Positions 24,225 through 37,385 are shown, counted from the stretch's first letter. The stretch: DNA of 64,000 nucleotides from Antedon mediterranea (GCF_964355755.1 NC_092673.1:14604948-14668947), one strand, 5' to 3'. Translations and numbers: made by a program. The notes: generated by a model not told the origin, from the letters alone.

Positions 24225-25050
24225 AAACCTAGTATTGGAATAAGTAGAATGGTTAAACACGACCGAATTTGATTGTCTTTTTGAGTCGATTCTATGGGGT
24301 CTACGAACAAATGATGGAGAATTGTAGACAAAGAAATCGGCCTAGGCCGACACTTCCATGATAAAAACGATGTGGATATAACTGACAGTAAGGTCTTCAA
24401 AGAAAGTAATAAAACATACAAGATGGTAGAGGTGTAGTGCAACACAAACAAACAGTGAGTGAAGAAGACATGGGGAAAATATCTGACTCTTTGGATATTA
24501 ATACACCGGATGGGCTCCAAAATAAAATGCTCATTGATATTATGATTTACTTTGTTAACCGAGGTAGAGAGAGAACCTTCGAGGTTTGTCGATTTCCGAT
24601 TTCTTTGTTGAAGTAGATGAAACGATCTCCGTTACATTGTGATCGTGATACCTTGACCAAATCGAGAAGTGAAAATGAAGATGAGCAGTGTAATGGACAT
24701 AATGTATGAAATTCGTGGCTCAAAAAGGTGCCCCGTCTCAAGTTTCCTTGCCTTCAAGGAAGTGTTAAATCCAAATCAAAAATGTATTCGGCAGCGTCCA
24801 AAATCGACTGCACCAAATGATGGATCTCCATGATACATAAATGCGCCGTTAGGTATACATACATTTGGATATAAGATGAAAATGATTTCTGTAAAGGCTG
24901 GATGCTAAAAAAAATATACAAATCATAGCCAATGGCTACAACCTGCACAATACTTGATGAAGCAGGATTCCCAAATCGAAATATAATGTCGGTTACAGGG
25001 CATAGATCGAAATCGTCATTAAAGCATTACTTACAAGAAAAAGTCTATGA
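24225..25050 (+). pseudogene. Crypton-type tyrosine recombinase relic (CryptonV/KCTD1-like)
   Basis: Frameshifted peptides EFDCL-SRFY-GLRTNDGEL, FVNRGRENLR, YTNHS..ATTCTILDEAGFPNRNIMSVTGHRSKSSLKHY; these cover the catalytic R, HxxR, H and Y regions. Confidence 0.8.
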
Positions 25051-25341
25051 GCTGTACTTTGGCTACGAAAATGTATGAAGTTTCAGAAGATCAATCAAAT
25101 AATAATCATAATTCATCTTGTGCCATTATTTGTACCATTACACTCATAAACATTCATTATTTGTATAATAGTACAGTGAGATATAGTAGACCCATAGTGA
25201 CATTTAGTATAGTAAGATCATGTTTGCATACATGTCATAGACTCTTCTCTCAGACGAGCTTTAGGAATTGCGCATGCTCAGTTCGAGTTTCCAAATACCC
25301 ATTTTCAGCATTAGTAAACTGTAAGCTTCAACCTGATACAG

Positions 25342-26280
25342 ATTATAGTAGACCTAACAGTACGATGCAGTACAATAAGATAGTAGAGTTAGATATATTA
25401 GAATGAGATATAGTAGACCTAACAGTACGATACAGTACAATAAGATAGTAGAGTTAGATATATTAGAATGAGGTATAGTAGACCTAACAGTACGATACAG
25501 TACAATAAGATAGTAGAGTTAGATATATTAGAATGAGATATAGTAGACCTACAGTACGATACAGTACAATAAGATAGTAGAGTTAGATATATTAGAATGA
25601 GATATAGTAGACCTAACAGTACGATACAGTACAATAAGATAGTAGAGTTAGATATATTAGAATGAGATATAGTAGACCTACAGTACGATACAGTACAATA
25701 AGATGATAGTAGAGTTAGATATATTAGAATGAGATATAGTAGACCTTACAGTACAATAAGATAGTAGAGTTAGATATATTAGAATGAGATATAGTAGACC
25801 TACAGTACGATACAGTACAATAAGATAGTAGAGTTAGATATATTAGAATGAGATATAGTAGACCTACAGTACGATACAGTACAATAAGATGATAGTAGAG
25901 TTAGATATATTAGAATGAGATATAGTAGACCTTACAGTACAATAAGATAGTAGAGTTAGATATATTAGAATGAGATATAGTAGACTTACAGTACGATACA
26001 GTACAATAAGATAGTAGAGTTAGATATATTAGAATGAGATATAGTAGACCTACAGTACGATACAGTACATTAAGATAGTAGAGTTAGATATATTAGAATG
26101 AGATATAGTAGACCTACAGTACGATACAGTACAGTAAGATAGTAGAGTTAGATATAGTAGAGTTAGATATAGTAAAGTAGGATAATACAGTGATATAATT
26201 TACAGTACGATATACAGTACAGTAAGATAGTAGAGTGAGAAATAGTAGAGTGGGATGCTATACAGTTAAATATTATAGTA
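25342..26280. repeat. ~62-bp satellite, about 13 homogeneous copies decaying at the right end
   Basis: Unit TATAGTAGACCT(A)ACAGTACGATACAGTACAATAAGATAGTAGAGTTAGATATATTAGAATGAGA. Confidence 0.95.
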
Positions 26281-28199
26281 CAGGGAGATGTAGTACCAGC
26301 AAAGATCTTAAAGTCTTTGGTTTATATCACCTCTATTAGTACCAGCGAAAGGTCGAAATTGTAATTGACCTGTAGAAGGTAACTACAAACGACCACTATT
26401 AATTCAATGTTTTTGTATGCACAGTAGCTCTACCATAGACACCAGGGCTTTTAAATAAATATTTATTAAAAATTAATAATAACAAATGTTTTACAATAAA
26501 AGATTTAGTATAGTTTTAACAAAGTATCAACAATAAATTGTTATGCTCAAATTAGAAGACTGACTTATTTTTTGTTATGATATTAATTTAAAATAAATAC
26601 GATTTCTTAAAATCATTTGAAGACGTTTATTTCAAATTTTAATTCTTTTTTAAGCTAGCCACAGAGACATTTCAAGATGCATTTATATTATATTATTATT
26701 CAAAGCCTACTTGAAGCTGAATAAAAGCAATATAATTGGTTTAACTACATCATAAAAAAGATATGACCGTGTATAGGCCTATTGTACTTATTATAATAAA
26801 TGAGAAAAGGTTATTGCATTGTTAAAAATACCGGTTGGCTATTATAATAACATGCTTTCGACCATCATAAACGCTTTTATTGATAATGTGTAATCGAATG
26901 TATTGATTGTAGTAAGCCCCATATATTAAGTGATCTTTCAGCGTATACTGACAATAGTGTATCTTGCGTCATTTCATATTGACCATATTTTTCATACGGT
27001 GATTATAACTTTTTTTCAGGTAAGTACCGTACTTGTTTTTGTTTATTACTCTTGATTGTTTGATTGGCATTTACGACGTAATGCAAAACGCCGCTACAAG
27101 CTCATATAATTTCTAATTATTCCGTTTTCTTGAAAAAAAAAAAAAAGAGATGTAAATAAAGATATCAATCTGGACTTTGAACACATTTAAATGTTTGAAG
27201 TTTTGAGGTCAAAATAGCCAAATTAGCATTGACTTCTCAAATTGGCTTATCGATGACTCTACCGACACCAGGGAAGTTGCGAATTAGTTGCGAATTTAAG
27301 CATATGTATGACATGAGTGAAGATGTAATTTGATTTTAATTTATTTAGAAAAATCTTCATAAAATATATATACAAAGTGATACCATAAATTACTGACATT
27401 ACAAATAAATACATTTATAAAAGATTTTCGATGATAGCTAAAAAAGCTTATTAGCTTATTTCCATTGGGATCCGTTTATAATATAAATAAAAAATATAAA
27501 CGTTACATAAAGTATTGCATTAAACACATAAATATAACAACAACAATAATATATATATAAAACAAGTTAATTGGAACGACTATGATTGACTTTGAATTGA
27601 CTTTTAAATTTTATTTAACATTATTTAATGTTGCTAATTTAGTCAAACAATTCAAAAGTGTTATTAAATTCAAAATTTATTACAGTAGTTTTACTGTTCA
27701 TCATTAATATTATTTCATTGTTTGTAGCTAACGTATTCACAACAGAACATTCCCACGTTTTCTATTTTAAAATTCATGTAGGCCTATCCGCGCTTTTTAA
27801 TGATCTATACTATTATTTGATAGAATAATGATGTAGGCCTATGCCTTCCTACTAATATTCGATAGCATTTTTATTATTATATATTTATTTGAGAAAATAC
27901 TAAGTTACAACATCAATACAAAGTGATGTCAGCCTAAGGGATTATTATAATAAAAAAAAATACACATCCATTGTTTTAGTCGCGCCTAACCTTAGACAAT
28001 CTTTTAATAAATACCTATAATCATGAATAAATATACTATATATAAAAGGCAAACACAACACGAACAAATATGTATTAAATTATGATTTATTAAATTTAAA
28101 AAAAATTACCTCTGGATCAAAAAGCTATGAAATGTGGAATTTCCAGAGGAAATAAAAGCAGCAACCGAGAAAAAGGTTGCGTTACCGTTCAGAGAGGTG

Positions 28200-28460
28200 A
28201 TACAAACAAAGCCAGGACTGTTTCAAGCACCTTGATTGGTCCTAACATTGATCAAGGGCTACTCTCGTCCTGTGCCCACCTTGACCAGAGGTCTGAGGCA
28301 GATACTAGATGCAGGGGCTACCATAAGAGTCAGCAGTGCTGATAATTCAAATGCCTAACGGGACCCCAGCTCCGTATACAGCAGCACCCGCTATTCCTAG
28401 ATGGTCTTCCATCCAAGCTTCAACCAGGCCCAACGTTGCTTAACCTCGGTCATCTGACGG
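28200..28460 (-). mobile_element. 5S rRNA-derived SINE (SINE3-like), 5'-truncated
   Basis: Minus strand CCGTCAGATGACCGAGGTTAAGCAACGTTGGGCCTGGTTGAAGCTTGGATGGAAGACCATCTAGGAATAGCGGGTGCTG aligns to the 3' two-thirds of 5S rRNA; a non-5S GC-richer body follows. Confidence 0.7.
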
Positions 28461-28715
28461 TCGTTCCAGTTCATGTCATTCATTCCAGGCAATGCTGCCT
28501 GCCTTTATTTATCTTTAGGACACGGGCCCATAGATTCACAGATTACAGTAAGTTATTGATCAGTATAGTAACGTAATTGAAAAAATTAAAACGTTACACG
28601 CCTTAACATTTTGTCCCCATATACTGTAGCTTTAGCTTATGTTAGTTTTTTATTTTTGTCTGTCCAATCCAAGTAAACTTTTGTAATGAAAGTTCTACAG
28701 TTAAATAAGTGTTAA

Positions 28716-29037
28716 AGATGTATTGACCTCCAAAAACATGAAAAATGAAGATTACTTCAATCAGACTTTGAATAGGTTATTTTGTAGTTTATCAAATCAA
28801 ATTTAATCACTTCCGTAGAAAAAAAAAATGTTTTCACTTATAAAACAACATAATTAAACCAAAAATCCATTGGCTGGCAGACAATTTGACAATTTTTTGC
28901 TTTAAATTACAGTTTTTTTAGGTAATAAACTTTGTTTAGATCCAATTTTCAAAGTGGATAACTATTAGGTGAAATTAAAATGGCATATTAAAAAATATAT
29001 ATATATGAAAAATATTTTTCAGGAGGACAGTACATCT
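28716..29037. mobile_element. Kolobok-like MITE with TTAA TSD
   Basis: TTAA|AGATGTATTGACCTCC...GGAGGACAGTACATCT|TTAA; related single ends near 13443, 48495 and 62030-62052. Confidence 0.75.
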
Positions 29038-30164
29038 TTAATTTATATAAGCCCATTGAGTAATTTATAGTTCTTCCATAAGCTTCTTAATTACATGTAC
29101 ATGAATACAGTAAAGATAAAAGCGTCAAATATCGTATTTGTTTTGTGTATTACTATTACATTGTATTTTAGTAATAAACGGCTAATACCTGTAAAGAAAC
29201 ATATTTCTGTACTGTGTGGTTATCATTAATTTAAATACTATTTAATTATTTGCTTATCTACTATTTTTTAAATTCGTTTAATATATTCTAGCAATACTTT
29301 CGAATTCGTAAATAACAGTGGACTTACTTGTTGAACTTCAGATTACGGACGTACGTAAAACTGTATGTATTGTATTTAAAATAATAGTGTAAACAAATGT
29401 TGTAATTAATTTTGTTACAATGATTTTTACTTCAATTCACATTTATTAAGCACTAGCAATTATACCCGCCCCAGGGCGGGTTTCAAAATTAGTTTACAGC
29501 CTTCTCAGTACATAACACCCGACGCCAGTATCTGTCTATACTCACCAACCTCCACCCCTCTTCAATAACACCCCATACTCTTTCTTAAAAACAAATTCTT
29601 CCCAGTGATGGACAAATTCAATCTAAGCTTCGAATTGAGAGGAATATGCATAGCTACGATGGGTCTAATAATGGTTGAAGTACGTTGTAAATTGTGTAAA
29701 TGAATAGTTGTCATATTGGCTGATAATGAAAATATGTAATTTAGATAGTGCGGTCCCCCAGCCTTCTTTCTCCTTTCACCACCCCAGCCACCATCAACAA
29801 ACCTTAACTCCTCCCCTGGACAGTTCAAATTTAGTAACTTTTCCTAGTACAATCCAATCATATAGGCTACTTCATTACGCTAGTATTTTCGCTCCTCCTC
29901 CCCCTACAAACACACCCCAGATACACTGGGTGATGTGTTGAAGCCGGTTCCAGTACAAATTATGTTATTATCACTCCCAACCCATAATCCCTCAGTGGCA
30001 GTTTTCAAATGTAGTTTAAAACATTCCAAATACAGTTTCGGTCATGGTCATAGGCCTACATCCCCACCCCAAACTCCCATCTGCTTCCCAGGGATGATTA
30101 AATACTTTAACATTTTCCAACCACAATTCTGGTGAATATTGTAACACTGTTTATAATCCTATTA

Positions 30165-30678
30165 GAAAACGAGATCAGGATGAAATAGAGAAGGTCCAGC
30201 AAAGAGCAACAAGATTGATTCCTAGGTACCGTAATATTCCTTATGAACAACGTTTGAGAATTCTTGGTCTTCCTACCATGAGATATCGAAGGCAGAGAGC
30301 AGATATTATCCAAGTTTTTAGGATTGTTAAAGGTTTCGATCGTATTTCGATCAACACATTTTTTGAATTTGATCTAGAATCTCGGACCCGTGGACACCCA
30401 TATAAACTCAAGTTTAAAAGCTCTCGTCTTAATATTAGGAGGGACACGTTCTCCAGGAGAGTTATTCTCTTATGGAATGCTCTGCCTACGGATGTAGTTT
30501 CATGTGCTACGGTGAACTTGTTCAAAGCAAAACTTAACGTTGCATGGTCTAACCACCCGCTGAAGTTTTCACCCTATATAGAATATGATGTTATTGCTAA
30601 GAGGGGCTTTTAAGCACTGAGTGCTTCGCCTCGATCCCGTAGACGAAAGTGTACGGGAAACAAGTAAGTAAAGTAAGC
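30165..30678 (+). mobile_element. 5'-truncated CR1 LINE 3' end
   Basis: IEKVQQRATRLIP...YEQRLRILGLPTMRYRRQRADIIQVFRI...RTRGHPYKL...FSRRVILLWNALP; (AAGT)n tail. Confidence 0.92.
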
Positions 30679-30984
30679 AAAATCCCCACTATCCCCTGAA
30701 CCCAACCCCACTCTCCCACAATAGGCGTTTTTCCCTTGGAGGATTGGTACATAGACCGATACATAGCTGGATATGGTTAAAGTACTTTGCTAAATGTGTA
30801 AATGAATAGGTGTCATATTGGTTAATGAATAAAATATGTATATCTATATACGCCTTGCTGAGGATAATTAAAATACTGTAAAACTTTTGTAGTATAATTT
30901 TACAATTCAATAGCCTACAACCCCGAGCCCTAGCAAAAAATGACATCACAAACCACCACACCACGTTTGACGTTATCTAGAAAC

Positions 30985-31245
30985 AGACAAACACACGCAC
31001 ACAGCACCTGTGTTCCCTCCTCACCTTCACCACCCACACTCACGCACACACACACAGCACTCGAGTTCCCTCCTCACCACCCACACCCACACCCACACTC
31101 ACGCACACACACACAGCACTCGAGTTCCCTCCTCACCACCCACACCCACACTCACACACACGCACACAGCACTCGAGTTTCCTCCTCACTACCCACACCC
31201 ACACCCACACCCACCCACACCCACACCCACACTCACGCACACACA
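30985..31245. repeat. CA-rich ~50-58-bp minisatellite
   Basis: Repeated CACAGCACTCGAGTTCCCTCCTCACCACCCACACCCACA, about 4 copies. Confidence 0.85.
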
Positions 31246-31407
31246 AAAATCTGATTAAAAAAAATGATAACATCCTAGGCGGAGGTAATAAAATCATAAT
31301 GATAATTAATACACAATCAATGCTGGATTTTTAATGTAACGTAGTTCTGATTTTCGTTATTACTGTGTTTTACACAATATTTTATATAACAGATAGGTAG
31401 AGATACC

Positions 31408-34400
31408 ATGATGACGAGTACTGATATAATTGATAAAAAAGTTCTTGATGACGTCATATGGAAAGCAAAATGTTGGGCAATAAACCATGGCCTGGTCAGA
31501 CCAGTGGAAAGGAAAGATAACGAACCAATACCTCATCAAGTCACCTATATACCATTTATGCTTACTCCAACACCATTTCCCATGAACCCATTTAAAAGAA
31601 TGAAAAAAGTTCAACTGGACTTTAATTTTCTGATGTACAACGTTAGTCGAGATTACGACTTTTTGTACGAAGTCCTGAACAGGTAAGAACTGTAGATAAA
31701 TAAACCGGTAGGCTTACCCGATTAAATAATCGATCAACTTCGATAATGTGGTAGGCCTATGTAATGCGTGTTTGTTGTGTTTTTATTGCGTACAACTATT
31801 ATGTTTCGTTGACATAAAGGCAAACACAATGTTGATGTACTGTTATTGAAATATTGTTCTAAAATCTTAATGCAAATGTATTTTTTAACATTAACTATTA
31901 AATCATACGTTAATTTGCTTTCAGTTCTTTGAAATATGACGAATTTACAAGAAATTTGGTAGAGATTAGCAAAATGGTTCGTCACAAGACTATTAAAGAC
32001 GTGAGTAGCTTATTAAAAACACTATCCCTACACTTTTTGACATTTTGTAAAAAATAATGCATAATTTTACTTTTAAAACATAAGGATCTTTCATAATAAT
32101 TATTGTCAGGTTTTCTTAAGATAAATCAGTGAACATGGCGTTAGATCTGCTTTAATGATACGTTGGGCAATTTTGCGTGGTGCTCTCTCTATCTTTTTCA
32201 GTATAATTAGCCTACTATAAAAACATCTAATGCTGAGAGAAAAAATACTTAAAATAATACTTTGATAAAATAGGATTAAAATAGTGTTGTCAACTCTAAT
32301 TTCCTTCAGATTTATGAGAAAGTAGAGTCTTTGATAATGCTTTTTCGGAAATAGTTTCACAGTTTTACCATTTATTTATTTATTTATTTTTATTCTAAAT
32401 GTTTTTTATACAATCAGTGCAATAGGAGACCTACTAGATAGTGATTAAGTTCGCTTTTTAGGAATCCTGTCTCTGCCTGGCTTTGTGTGATGTTTTCTTG
32501 TTCATGTCCATATTTTTTTATATTGTATTATGAGACAAAATAAATGAAATAAAATGAAATGAAATTTATAGACAAACAATTTTTTGCAATAAGCCCAAAG
32601 TATGCAATTAATTTTACATAAAATGCAGTTGGTGACCTTAAAAACAGTTCTAATAAAGTGGTATTGTTTAATTTACATTTATATTATTTAACAACCCTAA
32701 TCGTTAATGATTTTGTAGAGAGGAAGTCTTGATATAATCAGATGCGACTACATGCTGGATGATAGAAATGGAGATCAGTTTAAACAAGTTGAAATTAACA
32801 TGATATCAGTTGGAGCTGGTGAAATGTCAACATTGTTAGAACCTCTACATAGGTAAAATGCTGCTTCGTATTAAATAACAATATGGTTCACTTTCACCAT
32901 TTGGTATATCCGGCTATCATCTCATCCGTATATTTTAACGAGATTTAATTAAATTAACGTGTGTGCATTTATAAACCTAAGCAAGATACAGTAGGGCTAT
33001 AAGTCGCTTCTATTTTAATTCTTTTTATTTTGTTCAGGTATACCTTAAAGTTGTTAGGGAAACACGAAGAAGAACGTGTTCCGGAAAACAAGTGTCTTGA
33101 TGAAATAGCCATTGCTCTTGTTCGGGCATGGGAAATTTACGGCCAACCCAGGTATACAGTATGTTTAAGTTATTTTAAACAGTTACATTGTTCCCGATTT
33201 TTTTGCGTGGAAACTACCTAACTACCTGATGTAATTATTTTATTTTATTATTTACAGAGCAGCAATTTTGTTAGTTGCTGAAACTTCAGACAGGGCTGTT
33301 AATGCTCACCAGCACATCGAGTTTCGAATTCATGAAGTTAATTCGCGAATATCTTTTATTAAGGGAAACCTTAAAGATATTGGAGATCGCGCCATTTTGA
33401 CTGACGATCAAGAGTTAGAAATGTAAGCAATAAGTTAATAAGTATCTGAAGTTTTCCACTTAATTTATAATATGTTATATCATTAGCCTCATGGTTTCTT
33501 TTAAAGAATTTTATGAAAAAACCCAACATTTTCAAGTTCATTTTGTACAGTAGTCCCCATTACCATCAATATAGCGACGTCGCTAGATTAGGAGGAACGC
33601 GCTGAAAGCGAGAGAGAATATACACATTTTCATACTTTTTATCTTAGGGATGGATATAAAATTGCTGTTGTATATTATCGCACTGGTTACAGACCCGACC
33701 ATTACAAGACAAAGAAGGTATGCAAATCCATATATACAGTAACAGTTGTATGGCTTTGTGAAGTAATTATGGTTGAAATAAATAAAAACAAATAAATAGC
33801 AAATTTGCATATCAACATGAATGTATATTCTCATTCTCGTCTATCAGGAATGGAGGGGTAGATCTTTAGCAGAGCATTCATGTGCAATTAAGTGTCCATC
33901 AATAGGTGGTCATTTGGCGGGAACTAAGTCCGTTCAACAAGCATTGTCAGAACCAGGCATTACCGAAAGGTATATTGAAGACCCAGAAGCAGTTAATCGA
34001 ATACGTGAAACATTTTGTAAATTGTATTCGCTCGATATTGTGAGTTACCGAAATGCTTTATTTTTTAAATCAAATTATGTCTATTCACATACCAAACAGA
34101 TTGTTTCCTGGTACCCTGTATTTTTTTAGAGCCCCAATTCCTACTATTCTACTACTATTATACAGCTGAATAATTTATATTTATGTGATTAGGGCTCGAA
34201 GGGAGACCAAGCCGTTAATTTAGCACTAGAGAATCCAGACAAGTTTGTACTTAAGCCAAACAGAGAATCTGGTGGTAAGTAAATATAACCAGATAGGCTA
34301 TTATAAATTGTAAGTTTTTTTCTCTACAAATTAGGTGAAGCAAATACTAATTGATACAAGGTTTAAATGTGAAAACGTTACATAATATTCCATTAACACT

Positions 34401-36169
34401 GCTGCTCATACTGTTATCTTTGAAACATATACTTTATATTACATTATATCAATCTGCTACTGGAACATGTAAACTTAATAGGTCTATTGTTTAGTTATCT
34501 ACTCGTGTACTTACATAAGAACTACATAAGAAAGTTAGGAAACCTACCCTGTTAATTAAGTAATCCTATTAAGTGCATTCGAATAATATAAACATTTTTT
34601 TTCGATTTTAAAGGTAACAACATTTTTGGAAAGGACGTTGCGAGAAAACTGATAGAAATAAAAGACTTGGAAAGTCGCTCTAAATACATTCTAATGGAAA
34701 AAATTGAACCTATCAAAGGCAAAGGCTACCCAATAACACATAAAGAAGACGTAAAGTGGAAGGAGATGACATCAGAGATCGGAATATATGGTACAATAGT
34801 AGGGTAAGTTAAATGCATTAAAACAAAATAAGTTATTATATGTCATTAAAGGTAAATGTATTGACAGTAACAATAATTTTTAAATTCTGTACAAGGTTTT
34901 TGATTATACGCTATAAATAATTCCTAATCATCCAATTTAAACAGAACTATATGATAGGTGTGATGCGTCCGCAGTAGATTTATGGACGGTTGTGTAAACA
35001 CGATTTATTAAACAAATTTATCATTTTAGTCAAATGGTGACTACGGCCATGTTGGAAGTTATGCTATATCAATGAAGGAATTTATTGTACGAGTGATTAT
35101 GTTTCTCTTCGATAGTGGTTGAATTTTGTGAGGTGTGTGACGTACATGGAGATTTGCTAGAAGACCATGTCAAAATGATGTCTAATAGGGTTTATTAATA
35201 AGTTTCGGTAAACGAGCTCTGTGATGGACAGGCCTATTATTAGAAATGAGAGGCAGCAATGTTGAAAATAATTAGAATGCTGCCTTTTCATTTCAGAGTT
35301 AACCAAGGGTGAAATATATGATACATAAATAGTGTGTATGGGATCTTTTTTAAAGCTACACTTAAATGCGTGTGTGTGTGTGTATTTTTGTACCGTATTT
35401 ATGAGGCCTATAAAAAGTAAATAACCACATACCTAAATCTAAACTCAACGACAGGTAGAGCTTGGCCACAAAAATTATCCTTATATAATAATTGCTGACG
35501 GCAAGCGATGATCGGTAATGATGAAATAAATATTACATACATATTGGCATATGATTTTTGCATCTATGTCATATTACACATAAATCAGAATTGGCACGTT
35601 ATGCGAGATGCAATATCAGATATGAGATAATGAAAATTCAGCGATGAGGTTTTCCAGTTGTCCATGTCGTCGACAAACAAAGGCGTAATTCATAGCCTGT
35701 CCTTATTTGGATATTATTATTAAGTGACGTAACACCTGAAAAATACGTCCAAAACGGAAAATAAAACATTTTTGACGTAAATTTGAAATATATATTTATA
35801 TTTATTTCAAATTTACGTCAAAAAATGTTTTATTTTTCTGAATTCCACGATTGTTCTTCACATAAGGATTTTATGTGATTGCTGCGTTAGGTATGCGTCG
35901 CCTGATGCGATTTCCGGGAAAGATGTGTCTAGCAAAACGACATGGTGTGTGTAAACTTGGTAGTGTTGCTTAGCCGTGTGAAATGGCTATAATACTCTAG
36001 CATTAACATCAAATAAATTACCATTATTTTGTTTTTCGTTTACAGTGACACTGAAGGAATTGTTCATACTCGGGAAATTGGTCATCTGCTACGAACAAAA
36101 CCTCATAATGCAACAGAAGCGTCCCTATCTACTGGCATATGTGTACTTGATTGTCCTTATCTAACCTGA
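31408..36169 (+). CDS. GSS: Divergent glutathione synthetase-like gene (eukaryotic ATP-grasp type); one exon damaged, possibly a pseudogene
   Basis: Exons 31408-31682, [damaged ~32418-32600], 32719-32852, 33038-33151, 33258-33422, 33648-33717, 33848-34039, 34193-34274, 34614-34803, 36046-36169(TGA). Motifs: PFMLTPTPFP, RCDYM, KQVEIN, AVVYYRTGY, KCPSI..HLAGTK.VQQ, FVLKPNRESGGNN, YILMEKI, SEIGIYG, GHLLRTK. Confidence 0.9.
32105..32360 (-). mobile_element. Rex1/L2-group LINE relic in a GSS intron
   Basis: KHYQRLYFLINLKEIRVDNTILILFYQSIILSIFS resembles the post-RT region of such LINEs. Confidence 0.6.
32430..32565 (+). mobile_element. Short LINE 3' tail inserted in a GSS-like exon
   Basis: Stem-loop-like segment and (TGAAA)n tail separate AIGD from FIDKQF; introduces an in-frame TAA. 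Confidence 0.6.
35758..35837. repeat. Long AT-rich palindrome/hairpin
   Basis: AAAATAAAACATTTTTGACGTAAATTTGAAATA ... TATTTCAAATTTACGTCAAAAAATGTTTTATTTT, ~33-bp arms. Confidence 0.85.
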
Positions 36170-36234
36170 TAATAGAAGACACATTACCATTTAAAAAATA
36201 TAAATATTGTACTCATGTTGATATTTTTGTTTCA

Positions 36235-37385
36235 CTTTATATTACAGATAGCACCATTTATAGTCCGACCACTTTGTCATATTTTTAACGTATCCATTTT
36301 TACTGGAATTTCTCCTACAGCACTTAAAATAGCTAAAATTATTAATACACTTTTTGAAACACTTACTAGGGAATTACTGTATGTCTCAGATTGGTTCAAG
36401 ACTAATAAACTAAAGTTGAATATGGATATTTATTTTTATATTTTTTTATATTTCGCAAGTGACTGAAGACATGTCGAGGGAATAATAATTTAAAAATCAA
36501 AATTGATAATCTTTGATTAAAGAAAAACAACATTTTCTTGGAATCACAATTGACACCCAAATTAACAGGAAACAGCAATTTCTAAAATGTGTGTGGTGTC
36601 AATGAATATGGGGGTAATTTTACCAACAAATATTCTTTTTTCATTATATAATACCATAGTTCTTCCATGTTTGTGGTATTGTAACTTGTTATAGAGAACT
36701 GTTACAATGCCCATTGACACGGAAACAACAAAGTTGGACAATCTCTTTAAATTACAGAAAAAAGCGCTTCATAGGCCTATTTGTTCTAAATCAACTTATC
36801 TAGCCCAAGCACTTTTTTCTAAATTTAAAACATTAAAATATTTGATATCAATAGTCTGCAATCTCCCTTGTTTATATACAAATACGAAAAAAATAAACTC
36901 CCAAATCATCAACTACTTTATGAAAGACAGTCATGGTCATAATACACGCAATTCAAATGATTATCTTTTAACTAAATGTACAAATAATTTTGATCAAGAA
37001 CTCTATTAAATACCATGGAGCTAAATTATGGAATCCATGTAGATATTAAAACTTCAAAATTTAAATTAGTATACAAGAACTATTTACTTTCTAGATATGA
37101 TGAACGTTAAATATATATTTTATAAGACTAGTTAAGATCGAAAATAGAAATCGTAGCTTTGTTTGTAATTTTGTTTTTTCGTATTTAATGTTATATCTTG
37201 GGGTGGGTCAAACTTAAAGTCTTTCTGACTTATATGACTCTCCCCCCACATGATTGAACTACTTTTTATTGTATTTATCTGCAATTTTATTTATTAACAG
37301 ACTAGTTTAACATTATGTCATTGTGTATATCATGTATTTTATAATATTGTGGAAATGAATTGAAATTGAATTATTATTGAATAAA
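36235..37385 (+). mobile_element. Degenerate CR1/L2-group LINE relic
   Basis: PLCHIFNVSIFTGISPTALKIAKII, DWFKTNKLKLN, LFKLQKKA, HGHNTRN; (GAATT)n tail. Confidence 0.8.

Larger units (their letters stand above)
29453..31291 (-). mobile_element. Non-autonomous Helitron/Helentron-type element with a nested CR1 fragment and minisatellite
   Basis: Minus-strand 5' end TTATTACCTCCGCCTAGGATGTTAT; 3' hairpin ACCCGCCC..GGGCGGGT then CTAG at 29453-29456; pairing of the two ends is inferred. Confidence 0.5.

Noticed and set aside
28378-28460. Functional 5S rRNA gene
   Set aside because: 5' third missing, many substitutions, no T-run terminator; continues into a SINE-like body
30940-31258. His/Thr/Pro-rich ORFs
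   Set aside because: Translations of a CA-rich minisatellite
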